A DNA stretch of 53,564 bases, from IMG/VR virus record IMGVR_UViG_3300030393_000016, positions 1 through 53,564 of that record. One strand, 5' to 3'. The translations under genes and the position numbers were made by a program. The stretch comes from a virus. Taxonomy: Duplodnaviria; Caudoviricetes. Positions 17,243 through 27,344 of this stretch are shown one piece after another. Position 1 is the stretch's first letter. Every line of letters starts with the position of its first letter. Under the pieces are notes generated by a model that saw only the letters and a list, made by a program, of their open reading frames with translations, was not told where the DNA came from and made no database searches.

Positions 17243-17803
17243 ATGCCAGAAGAAAATATACTACCATTAGAAATAGAAGATAAAGTGAACCATCCCGAAT
17301 TAGAAGCTATGATGGAAGCCTTTGGTTCTCAATTTTTTCTATCTGCAGAAGAATTTAATCGCTTCAAAGAAGGAGTAAATCAGTTATATACAGTATTTCA
17401 AAACAATGCAGGTGTTGTCAATGATGCCACTCCAGAAATAAAAGGGATTCTGCAACTTACAAACGACCTTGGAGGAACAGCTACTAATCCTACTGTACCG
17501 ACTAAAATAAGTAAACCTATAGAGCTTCCTCCAGCTGGAGAAATATTAGTTATTGCCATTGACGAGAATGGAAATACTGTACCTATACCGACTAAAGAAG
17601 TTTTTCATGTCGATCAAATTGATACACCTTATAATACTATAAATGATCTTGTTAATACAGGTGAATATAGTACTGCAAATGGTTATACTAAAGGAACACA
17701 AATAATCTGCCCTGGAGTAATTCCTCCAAGGGTATATCTAAAAACAGGAGATAATGATACTGATTGGTTAGTAATTAACGGTGCAACTTTACCTTTAGAA
17801 TAA
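17243..17803 (+). CDS. Short protein with a tail-fibre repeat
   Basis: NDATPEIKGILQLTNDLGGTATNPTVP. Confidence 0.55.
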   Translation: MPEENILPLEIEDKVNHPELEAMMEAFGSQFFLSAEEFNRFKEGVNQLYTVFQNNAGVVNDATPEIKGILQLTNDLGGTATNPTVPTKISKPIELPPAGEILVIAIDENGNTVPIPTKEVFHVDQIDTPYNTINDLVNTGEYSTANGYTKGTQIICPGVIPPRVYLKTGDNDTDWLVINGATLPLE

Positions 17804-19425
17804 TGAGAATAGCTACTACACAGGCTCAGGTTTTTACTATAGGTGGCTTTGCTCCTATCATCTCTCCTGATGGAGAAATTATCCTTAAACTAACAACACG
17901 CGGTACGTGCTTTCCTGCGCGTGCTGATGGCTACTCAACACGTTCGTGTTTTTTTCAAGTACGCTCATTTAATAATATAGCGAATAGTGTGCTTATTGAT
18001 TATAGCGATGGTACAGGGTGGCACGAATATAATCTAGTGCAGAATGGTAGCCGTACCGAAAGAATATTTCGCGTAAACGATTCTGATGATCCTACTACTA
18101 TCACCCCTAGTTCTTCAGATATTTATGTAAGTCCTAATGATGGTTTGGGAGGTGGAGAATTTGGAATCCATTTCTACCAAGACTTACAAGACCCTGCAAA
18201 AATTGATACCGTAGATCACTATTATAACCAGGAGAGAGAAATCTTCATAAAGTTCCAAACTCCTAGTAAAATACAAGCTATATCTTTTCAGAATGTAGTG
18301 CTGTTGGGTACATTCCCCTCGCTGGCACGCTTGAGAAATTTAGTTATACTAGAGCTTGAGTACTTACCGTTGCTTTCAGCTTTCGAGAACGAAGCTGTAA
18401 ACACTTTTTTAAAAATAGTTTCATTGTCGTTTATAGGTTCTACTGCGACAAGCGTACCAATATGGATCAAGAACTCGCCTATTACTTATTTAAACTTATC
18501 GAGCTATATAACATTATCAGATGCTAATCATCTTGAGAATGAAATTATAACACCATTTAAAACAACATTAAATATACTATCGCTCAATAAATGTAACCTT
18601 AATTATCAATTACCAGAAAGTTTTGGTGAGATAGTAAACCTAAATACATTCTCATGTAGGTCTATGCCTGCAAGCGAAAATTTCAAGTTCCCTACTGATC
18701 TTTCGAATTTGACAGACTTTAAGTCGCTAAATATTAGTGACTCTAATAATTTTCCATTTTCAGAAGTAAAAAGGTACATACAAGATGTTCCCTCAACAGG
18801 AAAATACCTAAATATTAGAAATTTCGGATCAACCGTAACACAGGTAGATTTTGCTCTTGATACCGACGATTACAGCGTTGAAAGTTTCGATGCCTCTTAT
18901 GGGAGATGGAACAACGGAACACCTCCTACTTGTATAGGGCAAATGAAAGCATTGGAAACACTCGTTATGTACGGGAGCTATAACTATTCAGTATATAGTG
19001 GACGTTTTAATTTACTTAACTGGGGCGACTTCTCAAGCGCAACAGCATTAAGAGAGATCAATTTTAGGTGGCAGCAAAAAATGGATCTTACCTTCCCAAC
19101 ATGGTTAGTAAACCTTACTAACCTTAAAATTTTTGATTGTCATGCGAGTTTTGAAACACAAGAAAAAATGGATCAGTTTGTGGATAGTGTTTATGATTTT
19201 ATCACAACAAATGCATCCATTACAGAAGGTAATAGCCCTTTTCGAATAATGCACATAAAAACATACCGATCTGCTTCTCCCCTTAATTCTTTTCATCCTA
19301 CAGGGATATATCAAGAACCTACTGAATATGTACAAGGTAGTGCTAACGGAACACCAACAACCCCACTAGAGAAAGTGTGGGTATTGACACATCAATACCA
19401 ACATACGTGGGTTTTAAAACCATAA
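17803..19425 (+). CDS. Leucine-rich-repeat protein, putative receptor-binding or appendage protein
   Basis: Repeated LxxLxxLxL and xLPxxFxxLxNL units; IDYSDG N-terminal domain. Confidence 0.7.
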   Translation: MRIATTQAQVFTIGGFAPIISPDGEIILKLTTRGTCFPARADGYSTRSCFFQVRSFNNIANSVLIDYSDGTGWHEYNLVQNGSRTERIFRVNDSDDPTTITPSSSDIYVSPNDGLGGGEFGIHFYQDLQDPAKIDTVDHYYNQEREIFIKFQTPSKIQAISFQNVVLLGTFPSLARLRNLVILELEYLPLLSAFENEAVNTFLKIVSLSFIGSTATSVPIWIKNSPITYLNLSSYITLSDANHLENEIITPFKTTLNILSLNKCNLNYQLPESFGEIVNLNTFSCRSMPASENFKFPTDLSNLTDFKSLNISDSNNFPFSEVKRYIQDVPSTGKYLNIRNFGSTVTQVDFALDTDDYSVESFDASYGRWNNGTPPTCIGQMKALETLVMYGSYNYSVYSGRFNLLNWGDFSSATALREINFRWQQKMDLTFPTWLVNLTNLKIFDCHASFETQEKMDQFVDSVYDFITTNASITEGNSPFRIMHIKTYRSASPLNSFHPTGIYQEPTEYVQGSANGTPTTPLEKVWVLTHQYQHTWVLKP

Positions 19426-19429
19426 CAAT

Positions 19430-19642
19430 ATGGATCAGTACTTAATCTGCTTTTATGAAAAAACAATCATCTCAGTTACTGAAATTGAAGATGAGGGCTG
19501 TATGCTAGGTAAACACAACGACCATGAGATTTTACCCCTTACTGAAGCTATTGTGAAATTCAATAATGATGGGTTTGATGTTAGCCTTTTAGTTAAAGTG
19601 TTTGAAAAACCAGAAGAGGAAGAAGAAACAACTTATATATAA
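19430..19642 (+). CDS. Small acidic protein, possible fibre chaperone
   Basis: 70-aa ORF after the LRR gene. Confidence 0.5.
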   Translation: MDQYLICFYEKTIISVTEIEDEGCMLGKHNDHEILPLTEAIVKFNNDGFDVSLLVKVFEKPEEEEETTYI

Positions 19643-19647
19643 ACTCT

Positions 19648-20196
19648 ATGAGCATAGTTCCTGTACACATACGGCCACACTTAATCCCCTTCTTTTTCAA
19701 AGAATTTGAAGGAGAGCAGGCTACTTATCTCAATAAAGAAGTAACAGCAATAAAGATATCTACCCGATCATCATTAGGTAAAATGATCAGGATGTTTATG
19801 ATTAAGGCTGAAACTCCTGTAAAGTCTGAATTTTACCAACTATACTTATCGGTGGCCGATACTCCATCAGGAAAGGCTTTCGAGGGAACTGCTTATTCTT
19901 TTGAGTCAGGTTCTAAAAGTTTCCTAGAACTCCCTCCAGATGTCAACAAAGTAATCAATGATTTACTGGAGGATATCTTCAGAATAACATTTGTATTCTT
20001 TGTACAAGGCTATATGCATCATGGCAAACCTAACATTACAAAGGCAATCAATGAATTTATTGATATGTACGATCTTCTCGAGGTAGGCTTTTGTAATGAG
20101 AAACTAAGACAGCTCTATTATCGCGAAAAAAGGAAGAACAAAAAAGTATCTCGCCTGCAATTCCGTATCGCTAATAGAGTTACAAACTACAGCTAA
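19648..20196 (+). CDS. Conserved phage protein, late-activator candidate
   Basis: Basic helical C-terminus; lies immediately before the first CATATCACAA promoter. Confidence 0.5.
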   Translation: MSIVPVHIRPHLIPFFFKEFEGEQATYLNKEVTAIKISTRSSLGKMIRMFMIKAETPVKSEFYQLYLSVADTPSGKAFEGTAYSFESGSKSFLELPPDVNKVINDLLEDIFRITFVFFVQGYMHHGKPNITKAINEFIDMYDLLEVGFCNEKLRQLYYREKRKNKKVSRLQFRIANRVTNYS

Positions 20197-20200
20197 AAAA

Positions 20201-20238
20201 CATATCACAAGAGTTTATCTCTTCTACCATTAAGTTTG
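20201..20238 (+). promoter_or_regulatory. Late promoter 1
   Basis: CATATCACAA-N20-TAAGTTTG. Confidence 0.7.
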
Positions 20239-20262
20239 GAGCAAAATTTAACCTCCTGACTA

Positions 20263-20598
20263 ATGAAACCTACTACTTTATCTATAATACAAATCCTAAA
20301 AGATTTCGGCTTTGATGTCATACTATTTATAGCAGGACTAGCAGGTGGTATTGTTGTTTTAAATAGAAGCAATAAACTTACTCGTATTCAAAAATTTTCA
20401 ACAGTACTCTCTGGAGGGCTTACAGCTAACTACCTAACACCTTTAGTAGCAGAATGGTTAAATCTTTCAGATAAAACGCTCTACGGGCTTGCATTTATTT
20501 TAGGATATGGTGGTTTAAAATTTGTAGAAATTTTCTACATCTCCTTTCACAACAAATTTTCAACATCAAAAATAACTAAATCAGAAACTGATGAGTAG
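20263..20598 (+). CDS. Holin
   Basis: Three TM segments; directly upstream of the amidase. Confidence 0.75.
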   Translation: MKPTTLSIIQILKDFGFDVILFIAGLAGGIVVLNRSNKLTRIQKFSTVLSGGLTANYLTPLVAEWLNLSDKTLYGLAFILGYGGLKFVEIFYISFHNKFSTSKITKSETDE

Positions 20599-21106
20599 AG
20601 CTAAAAAAATAAAGTACATCACAGTGCACTGTTCTGCAGGTTTTTCAGGTATTAAAGCCATAAAAGCCTTTTGGAAAAGATTAGGATGGCGATCTCCTGG
20701 TTACCATATTCTTATAAATCGTAACGGTAAAGTACACCAATTGCACGATTTCAATAGAATTAGTAACGGTGTAAGAGGATATAATACACAATGTATCAAT
20801 ATCTGTTATATAGGAGGTGTCGAAAAAACAGCAGCAGGAAAATACATTGGTAAAGATACCAGGACTCCTGAACAAAAGGAAGCATTAGAAAATGAGATTA
20901 TTAAAGCTATCGAGTGGGTTAAAAACAATGGAGGTAATATCGAAGAGCTTTCTATTCTAGGCCATCGCGATTTCTCTCCAGATGTAAATGGTAACAATGT
21001 AATTGAGTCATTCGAAAGAATAAAAGAGTGCCCGAGCTTCAATGCTATACAAGAATATAAGCATCTACTCGATCATAAAAAAATAATATTACCCTCAAAC
21101 AGATAG
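20591..21106 (+). CDS. Endolysin, N-acetylmuramoyl-L-alanine amidase (T7-lysozyme-like)
   Basis: ITVHCSA, GYH, ICYIGG, GHRDF, KECPSF. Confidence 0.92.
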   Translation: MSRAKKIKYITVHCSAGFSGIKAIKAFWKRLGWRSPGYHILINRNGKVHQLHDFNRISNGVRGYNTQCINICYIGGVEKTAAGKYIGKDTRTPEQKEALENEIIKAIEWVKNNGGNIEELSILGHRDFSPDVNGNNVIESFERIKECPSFNAIQEYKHLLDHKKIILPSNR

Positions 21107-21108
21107 CT

Positions 21109-21654
21109 ATGAAAAAAGTAGTAATTATAATATCATCCCTCCTGGTAATAGCTTGCGGAACTCGTAAAGTTCAAGTCAGGAAAAACAAAATACAGTATTC
21201 TTTTAATACTGAGGTCGATACAACTAATACTACTCAAGCTACTGAGGCAATTGTAAAAGAACAACAAACAACTGCAGTATCATTTTTAGATAATTTAAAC
21301 ATCGAATATCAAGGACTCAAAAAAGGTGATTCAATCACTTTATACAAACTTGAGAAAGATGGAAAAATACACTCTGGAGCTGTATTAAAAGGTACAGGTA
21401 AAATAGTTATTTCCTCAAAAAAAGAAACTGCTACAGCTAATACCGTTGTAAAAGAAAATAGTAGCAGAGAAAACTCTAAAACTACTGCAGGAACTACAAA
21501 AATGCAAAAAGAGGTTCGATCTGATAATAAAGAAAAAGAATCGGAATCAAGCTCTTACTGGTGGTTACTACTAATCGCAGTGATATTAATCATTAGGTTT
21601 TTTTGGAAAAGATACAATCGATTAAAAAACATATCACAACAAAAGTTTTTGTAA
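21109..21654 (+). CDS. Spanin-like lipoprotein with unimolecular architecture
   Basis: LVIAC lipobox plus C-terminal TM WWLLLIAVILII. Confidence 0.65.
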   Translation: MKKVVIIISSLLVIACGTRKVQVRKNKIQYSFNTEVDTTNTTQATEAIVKEQQTTAVSFLDNLNIEYQGLKKGDSITLYKLEKDGKIHSGAVLKGTGKIVISSKKETATANTVVKENSSRENSKTTAGTTKMQKEVRSDNKEKESESSSYWWLLLIAVILIIRFFWKRYNRLKNISQQKFL

Positions 21655-21667
21655 AACAGCAATTTCG
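21630..21667 (+). promoter_or_regulatory. Late promoter 2
   Basis: CATATCACAA-N20-CAATTTCG. Confidence 0.65.
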
Positions 21668-21682
21668 TAAAAAATAATAAGG

Positions 21683-22555
21683 ATGAAAGTAAATCCAATG
21701 TTAATGGAACTGGCTCGTGGTGAATGGTTGATGGATGTTAATACATTATCAACATGGAGTCCTATAGCTTATAAAATTCTCTCTGGAGAAGATTTCTCAA
21801 TTGACTCTTCTACGGCTTCTATAATGACTGTTGTAGATAGCAAAGGTGTAATGCATCATCCTGACAAAGATGGTCACATAGAAACTCCTAAAGGTTCAGT
21901 AGCCATCATTAATATGATCGGCCCCATTTTAAAATATGGAGATTGGTGTGCCTATGGCGCCGATGATATTGTAAATGCATTAAAAGCAGCAGACAATAAC
22001 CCGAACATAAAAGGTACAGTGTTTATAGTCGATGGACCAGGAGGTGCAGTATCAGCTATAGGACCTTTTATTGAGTTTGCAAAAACTAAAACCAAGCCAG
22101 TAATTGGTTTGGCCGATGAAGCATTTTCACTCCATTATTGGGCACTATGTGCCGTATCAGATTATAAAATGGCAGATAATAACGTTTCTGCAGGTTTTGG
22201 ATCTGTAGGTGTAGTTGCATCTTACCTAGATAACAGAGAGCATTTAGAAAAGTTAGGATTCAAGTTTCATGATATTTACCCAGACGAGAGTAAACATAAA
22301 AACGAAGCTGTGAAGCTAGCCCTGGAGGGTAAGTATGATCTAATCAAAAAAGAACATCTCTCTCCTGTTGCTATTAAGTTTCAAGATGCAGTACGAGCTG
22401 CATGCCCTTCTTTAAAAGAAGCTACAGGAGTACTTACAGGGAAAACATTCTCTGCAGATAAAGCACTCGAGTATGGTATGATCGATGGTATTGGTAGTCT
22501 TGATAAAGCCATCGAAAAAATACATGTACTCTCAGAAATTAACGCGTTACAATAA
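21683..22555 (+). CDS. S49 (SppA/ClpP-like) prohead protease
   Basis: DGPGG, AFSLHYW, GSVGV, ALEYGMIDGIG. Confidence 0.85.
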   Translation: MKVNPMLMELARGEWLMDVNTLSTWSPIAYKILSGEDFSIDSSTASIMTVVDSKGVMHHPDKDGHIETPKGSVAIINMIGPILKYGDWCAYGADDIVNALKAADNNPNIKGTVFIVDGPGGAVSAIGPFIEFAKTKTKPVIGLADEAFSLHYWALCAVSDYKMADNNVSAGFGSVGVVASYLDNREHLEKLGFKFHDIYPDESKHKNEAVKLALEGKYDLIKKEHLSPVAIKFQDAVRAACPSLKEATGVLTGKTFSADKALEYGMIDGIGSLDKAIEKIHVLSEINALQ

Positions 22556-22585
22556 TCAATAAATCAATTTTAAATCACAAAAAGT

Positions 22586-24751
22586 ATGAAATGGAAAGCA
22601 TTAGCTAAAACTGCAGCAGCAATAAAAAAGATGTTTAACATCGAGGAGATCCCTATAAATGCTGAGGGAACAGAAACAGATTTCACCCCCGAACAGAAAG
22701 AAAAATTAGAGGCTGCAATAGGGGTTGAAAATGCAGCTAAAATGATTAAAGGTTTCTCTCAAGAATTGAGAAACATGACCCAAAATGATCAGAGTCTAAA
22801 AGCTGTAAAAGACGAGATCGATGCTCTAGTGTTAGAAGCTAACCTAACGGAAGAGCAAATGCAAAATTTTGAAGGTAAAAATGGTAATGAAGAGCTTAGT
22901 GCAAAAATACAAGCTATTAAAGACAAACAGAAAGAACAAGGACAACTCATTAATAAACTATTACAAGATCCTGAAGGAGATGTGCCTACAGCAATTATTC
23001 AAGGATTAGGAAATAAAACTATGAAACATTCAGACAGTCACTTATTTGCAACAGGCAAAAGTTATGATGCTTTTGAAAAACGTCCTTGGAATGCTCGATT
23101 TAGAGATGGTAATGTAAAAGCTACTGACTTTAATAATGAAAGTAACATACCTACACTCCAGGATGATCTTAAACATTTTGTTACAGAAAACCCATCAGTA
23201 ATTAACTCGTTATTTAGCGATTTTGAAGGACTACCCGAAGAATGGAGCCGTAGAACAGGTGTGCTAGATCGTGTCGAGGATGGTTTTGTAATTGCAGGTG
23301 AAGTAGTACAGGGTAGAAAAAAAGGATGGTCACCTAAAGGTCGATTCAAGTTCTCTACAGAACAAGGTAGAGTATATAGAAAGAAAATTGATATCACATT
23401 TGATGGCTACGAGCTTCAAGAGATTGAGAATACGTGGTTACGTATTAAAAACTCTGATGGTTCACACCCTTGGAAAATGTCATTTATCGGATTCCTGCTT
23501 TCAGAGCTAGTAAAAAGACAAAAAGTAGATGACAGAAATGCTCAGATTAATGGAATTTTCGTAGAAACTCCAGAAGGTCATGATATGCCTGGTGCAGCAG
23601 TCAATTCACAAAACGGATTGCTTTACCTATGGTGGTTCTATAGAGATGTTGCAAAAAAATACCGCCCATTTACATCAGGAGAATTATTAGGAGGACTTCC
23701 TACTAACTCTAATATTGTAGACTATATCGAGGAAATGATTAATAATATTCCTGAAGATTATAGAAAAATGAAAGGTTTAGAAATTCAACTATCTGACAAA
23801 TGGATGCGTATCTATAGAAAGAGAGCTGGAGAAATCTACAATCTACAATATAATACAGATCAGGGAAAAAAAGAATATGATTTACCACACCCTATAGATA
23901 GACCTAACTTTAAATTTCAGGTGCTAAAGGATATGACAAATACTGATTTCATTGGTATTACATTTTCTGAAAACGTGCAAATTTTAGATTTTGATGCTAG
24001 CGAAAAAGGGAAATTTACCATTACTCATGAAAAAAGAGATACACATATATTCGCTGACTATAGGCAAGGTATTCGTTTCATTTATGTGGGTAATAAACTT
24101 GCAACAGGAGAACCAGAGCATTTTGAAGTACAATACCTGTGGTCTAATAATGCGCCTATATTTAATAAAGAGATTACTGTTCCAGCTTTTGATGATAGAA
24201 CAGCTCTGCTTAAAATGAGTTATCCTTCAATTGAGATTGACGAAAAATGGGTAACTGATATCGTTGATATTGAAGGAAACCTTGTTCCTGGGCAAATCGT
24301 TCGTATTAAAGGGAATGCTGCAATGGCAGGGGTTAAGAACCTTAAAAATAATGCAAAATTTGATCTCGCATCAGATTACCCACTTAATACCGATGGTACA
24401 ATTACCCTGTATGTAAAAGAGGATAAAACGCTAAAGGAAATTAGCCGAACAAACGAAGCTCCTACAGCAGCTGATACAGCTATTAAATTTGATACTACAT
24501 CAATAGATGCTAATGAGGGTATTGAGTTTAAATATACAGGAACTACAGCTACTGTAGAAGATATACTAAACGGTATCGAAGGTAAAACGATTAGTATATA
24601 CGGATCAGATACTGCAAATGTAACACTTACCCTTACAACAGCAGGTAATATAAATATGGCATCAGATGCTGCTTTAGCATCATCTAATGATTACGTACAG
24701 TTAACATTGATAGATGGTAGCTGGATAGAAACAAAACGTGTAATAGCTTAA
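22586..24751 (+). CDS. Major capsid protein with N-terminal scaffold and C-terminal beta domains
   Basis: Follows the protease; coiled N-terminus; strong terminator after the next gene. Confidence 0.65.
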   Translation: MKWKALAKTAAAIKKMFNIEEIPINAEGTETDFTPEQKEKLEAAIGVENAAKMIKGFSQELRNMTQNDQSLKAVKDEIDALVLEANLTEEQMQNFEGKNGNEELSAKIQAIKDKQKEQGQLINKLLQDPEGDVPTAIIQGLGNKTMKHSDSHLFATGKSYDAFEKRPWNARFRDGNVKATDFNNESNIPTLQDDLKHFVTENPSVINSLFSDFEGLPEEWSRRTGVLDRVEDGFVIAGEVVQGRKKGWSPKGRFKFSTEQGRVYRKKIDITFDGYELQEIENTWLRIKNSDGSHPWKMSFIGFLLSELVKRQKVDDRNAQINGIFVETPEGHDMPGAAVNSQNGLLYLWWFYRDVAKKYRPFTSGELLGGLPTNSNIVDYIEEMINNIPEDYRKMKGLEIQLSDKWMRIYRKRAGEIYNLQYNTDQGKKEYDLPHPIDRPNFKFQVLKDMTNTDFIGITFSENVQILDFDASEKGKFTITHEKRDTHIFADYRQGIRFIYVGNKLATGEPEHFEVQYLWSNNAPIFNKEITVPAFDDRTALLKMSYPSIEIDEKWVTDIVDIEGNLVPGQIVRIKGNAAMAGVKNLKNNAKFDLASDYPLNTDGTITLYVKEDKTLKEISRTNEAPTAADTAIKFDTTSIDANEGIEFKYTGTTATVEDILNGIEGKTISIYGSDTANVTLTLTTAGNINMASDAALASSNDYVQLTLIDGSWIETKRVIA

Positions 24752-24762
24752 TAACAACAACA

Positions 24763-25584
24763 ATGTATATACCAAGAAGCATAGTAAAGCCCTCAGGAGT
24801 ATCTCCTGGGGCTGGGGCTCCAAAAGAGCCCAATGTAACAATTGTGATTGTCGATGATATCCTAGTATTTCCCATGCGTGATGGCGGAGGGGTGAAAATA
24901 TTAGGTAACATCGTCATGAAGCCTGGTGCAAAAATGTACCAATTTTATCAAACAGCCTCAAAATTCAAAGCAGGCTTCGAATCTGAAGGGGATGAAGATA
25001 CGATTACTTACAAGCAAAAAGTAGAAGCAGAACACCCTGGTGATGGACTTGATATTAATGAGTTTATTACCAACTGGACTGGTAAAAACGTAATTGTAAT
25101 ATTCGGTAGTTGTTCTGATAATTTCCAAAAAGTATACGGTACTAAATGTGCACCATTACAATTAAAGGCGACAAGTCAGGATGATAATGATGCTCGTAAA
25201 AAAATGCTTGTTTTTGAGCAATATGCTAAGTCAGCTTACTTACCAGGGCACTATACAGGAAGTCTAGCGCTTTCTGAACCGTTTGCAGCTGCAGCTGCAG
25301 CACTAGATGTAAATGCTGCAAATGGTACACAGTATAGTTTACCATCTTTAGATGCTACAGCTGCAGTATCATTTACAACAATGGAATTAGAACCTGGTCA
25401 AATAGTAACTCTAATAGGTACAGGGGGAGATGATCCTGCTACACTAGCACAAGGTACAGCTGGATCAGTAGAAGTATTACTTACAACTGGGTCTACATGG
25501 GTTGCATTACAAAATGCAACTATAAATCTACAGGTATTTAATACTGGTGCGACTACTCACCTTATAGAAGTGTCTAGGTCTTAA
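24763..25584 (+). CDS. Structural protein, probable major tail tube with C-terminal decoration domain
   Basis: Beta-rich; co-transcribed with the capsid gene. Confidence 0.5.
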   Translation: MYIPRSIVKPSGVSPGAGAPKEPNVTIVIVDDILVFPMRDGGGVKILGNIVMKPGAKMYQFYQTASKFKAGFESEGDEDTITYKQKVEAEHPGDGLDINEFITNWTGKNVIVIFGSCSDNFQKVYGTKCAPLQLKATSQDDNDARKKMLVFEQYAKSAYLPGHYTGSLALSEPFAAAAAALDVNAANGTQYSLPSLDATAAVSFTTMELEPGQIVTLIGTGGDDPATLAQGTAGSVEVLLTTGSTWVALQNATINLQVFNTGATTHLIEVSRS

Positions 25585-25607
25585 TAATTAGAAAAAGATA
25601 ATTACAC

Positions 25608-25637
25608 AAAAGGCGCACTATTTAGTGCGCCTTTTTT
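25608..25637 (+). terminator. Intrinsic terminator
   Basis: AAAAGGCGCACTA-TT-TAGTGCGCCTTTTTT. Confidence 0.85.
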
Positions 25638-25675
25638 CATATCACAACATTTTACAATAGAGCTTACCATCTTTG
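25638..25675 (+). promoter_or_regulatory. Late promoter 3
   Basis: CATATCACAA-N20-CATCTTTG. Confidence 0.7.
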
Positions 25676-25703
25676 ATAAAAGTTTTAATTAAATACAAAA
25701 GTC

Positions 25704-26513
25704 ATGAATAGAAATGAAGTAATTGAATTTTTCCAGAACCTACCAAAAAGCGAAATAGATCAATTTAATAAAGCACTTGAGCTTTACCGTAAAAACCCAA
25801 AACACAACCAAGGGTTAATGCGTAGATATAATGCTTCAGGGTATACTAAAAGTGCATTACAAAATCTACTTTATGATTTAAAACAACTATACGCTATTAA
25901 AGATGTAGAAATCCGATCGAAAAAAACAGTTAACGTTCCTACTTCTACTCCATCGGCAACAACTGCAACCGATATAAATGATATAGATGTTGTACACGAT
26001 GATGTAACTGATGATAAACAGGAGGTAAAATTCAGAGATCAATATTCGTTCTTACAAGAAGAGGACTGCCCTAACGAGCTTAAAGTTTTAGCTGCAGATA
26101 AAATTACAGCTTACAATAACTATAAACTAGCACATGAAGAGCTGCAAAAAGCTGAGTCTGGAACGATTGAAATTTCTGAAGAAGAGAAAGCTGTACTCGC
26201 AAAAAATGTTACTACTTATTTTGAAGAAAATGAAGAAATCAAAGCTGAATTAGTCTATTACCAGGAGAACAAAAAAATATTAGGTAAGCACTCAATTTTC
26301 GCAAAACTTAAATTTGAAAGGATAGTAGAAAATATGTCAGCTGATGATTGTTTTAAATTTGTTAAAAATACACCTTCTTATATTTCTAAAAAGAAAACAA
26401 AGATAAAAGATGCTGTTTCAGAAGATAAGAAAAAGCAATTTCAGAACGATATTGACAATCGAAATTTGATGTTATCAATAGTCAATAAAAAGTTAGGATT
26501 AGGTGGCAAATAG
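25704..26513 (+). CDS. Hypothetical phage protein (packaging module)
   Basis: Helical 269-aa ORF. Confidence 0.65.
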   Translation: MNRNEVIEFFQNLPKSEIDQFNKALELYRKNPKHNQGLMRRYNASGYTKSALQNLLYDLKQLYAIKDVEIRSKKTVNVPTSTPSATTATDINDIDVVHDDVTDDKQEVKFRDQYSFLQEEDCPNELKVLAADKITAYNNYKLAHEELQKAESGTIEISEEEKAVLAKNVTTYFEENEEIKAELVYYQENKKILGKHSIFAKLKFERIVENMSADDCFKFVKNTPSYISKKKTKIKDAVSEDKKKQFQNDIDNRNLMLSIVNKKLGLGGK

Positions 26514-27105
26514 GTTCTTCGACTATAAAGAACATTTAGAGCAAGAAGAAGATCCTAATGATGAAACATTACCTAAAAAGTGGGAATCTAAATATTTAAA
26601 TTTTCATTTTGAAAAAATAACCAATCTTCAAGAAGATCTTACAAGGTTGCCTACTCCTGGAGAGAGTTTCTTTCTCCAGACAGAAGGTGCTTTTAATGCA
26701 TTTACATTTATTCCGCTTATAGCACGAAGTACTCCTATAAAAGAATTGTTTGCTAGTACTTACAGTATTAACAAACGAGTTACAGAGGCCATAATCGAAA
26801 TGCACGATAAAGGAATGATCGAGCAGGTTACATTATTAATATCAGATAGCATGATAAAGCGTAACCCTGTAACTATAGATAACCTTATGGCAATGGCAAA
26901 AACACGACCTAATGTGAAAGTGCTATATGCATGGGTACATGCTAAAGTATGTTTACTAAAAACACATGACTTCCATTTTATAATTGAAGGTTCTGGAAAC
27001 TGGAGCGAAAATGCCCAGTACGAACAATACCTATTCGCAAACGATAAAGGATTGTATGATTTCAGGATGCAATTATTTACAACGTCTAAACTTAAAAAGT
27101 ATTAA
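26503..27105 (+). CDS. PLD-superfamily nuclease-like protein
   Basis: WVHAKVCLL...IIEGSGNWSEN. Confidence 0.75.
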   Translation: MANRFFDYKEHLEQEEDPNDETLPKKWESKYLNFHFEKITNLQEDLTRLPTPGESFFLQTEGAFNAFTFIPLIARSTPIKELFASTYSINKRVTEAIIEMHDKGMIEQVTLLISDSMIKRNPVTIDNLMAMAKTRPNVKVLYAWVHAKVCLLKTHDFHFIIEGSGNWSENAQYEQYLFANDKGLYDFRMQLFTTSKLKKY

Positions 27106-27106
27106 C

Positions 27107-27334
27107 ATGGATTTCATTTTATTAATCTTAGCAGTATTAGCATTTATTGTAATACAATCAATTATTTCCGATGTATTTAAATCGCTTAAAATAAATCATA
27201 AAAAAAATAGGTTTAAGTATCTAGTATTAAATTTTTTAGGTACAACTGTATTGTTAGCATTATCCTTTTTAATATCAATTCTAATATTACTATTATCGAT
27301 TTCGCCTATAATTATTATATGGAAAATTTGCTAA
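27107..27334 (+). CDS. Small membrane protein
   Basis: MDFILLILAVLAFIVI..; ATG 1 nt after the PLD stop codon. Confidence 0.55.
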   Translation: MDFILLILAVLAFIVIQSIISDVFKSLKINHKKNRFKYLVLNFLGTTVLLALSFLISILILLLSISPIIIIWKIC

Positions 27335-27344
27335 ACTTTCAATT

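Noticed and set aside
17803-19425. Diversity-generating retroelement target
   Set aside because: No reverse transcriptase and no template/variable repeat pair seen in the window.
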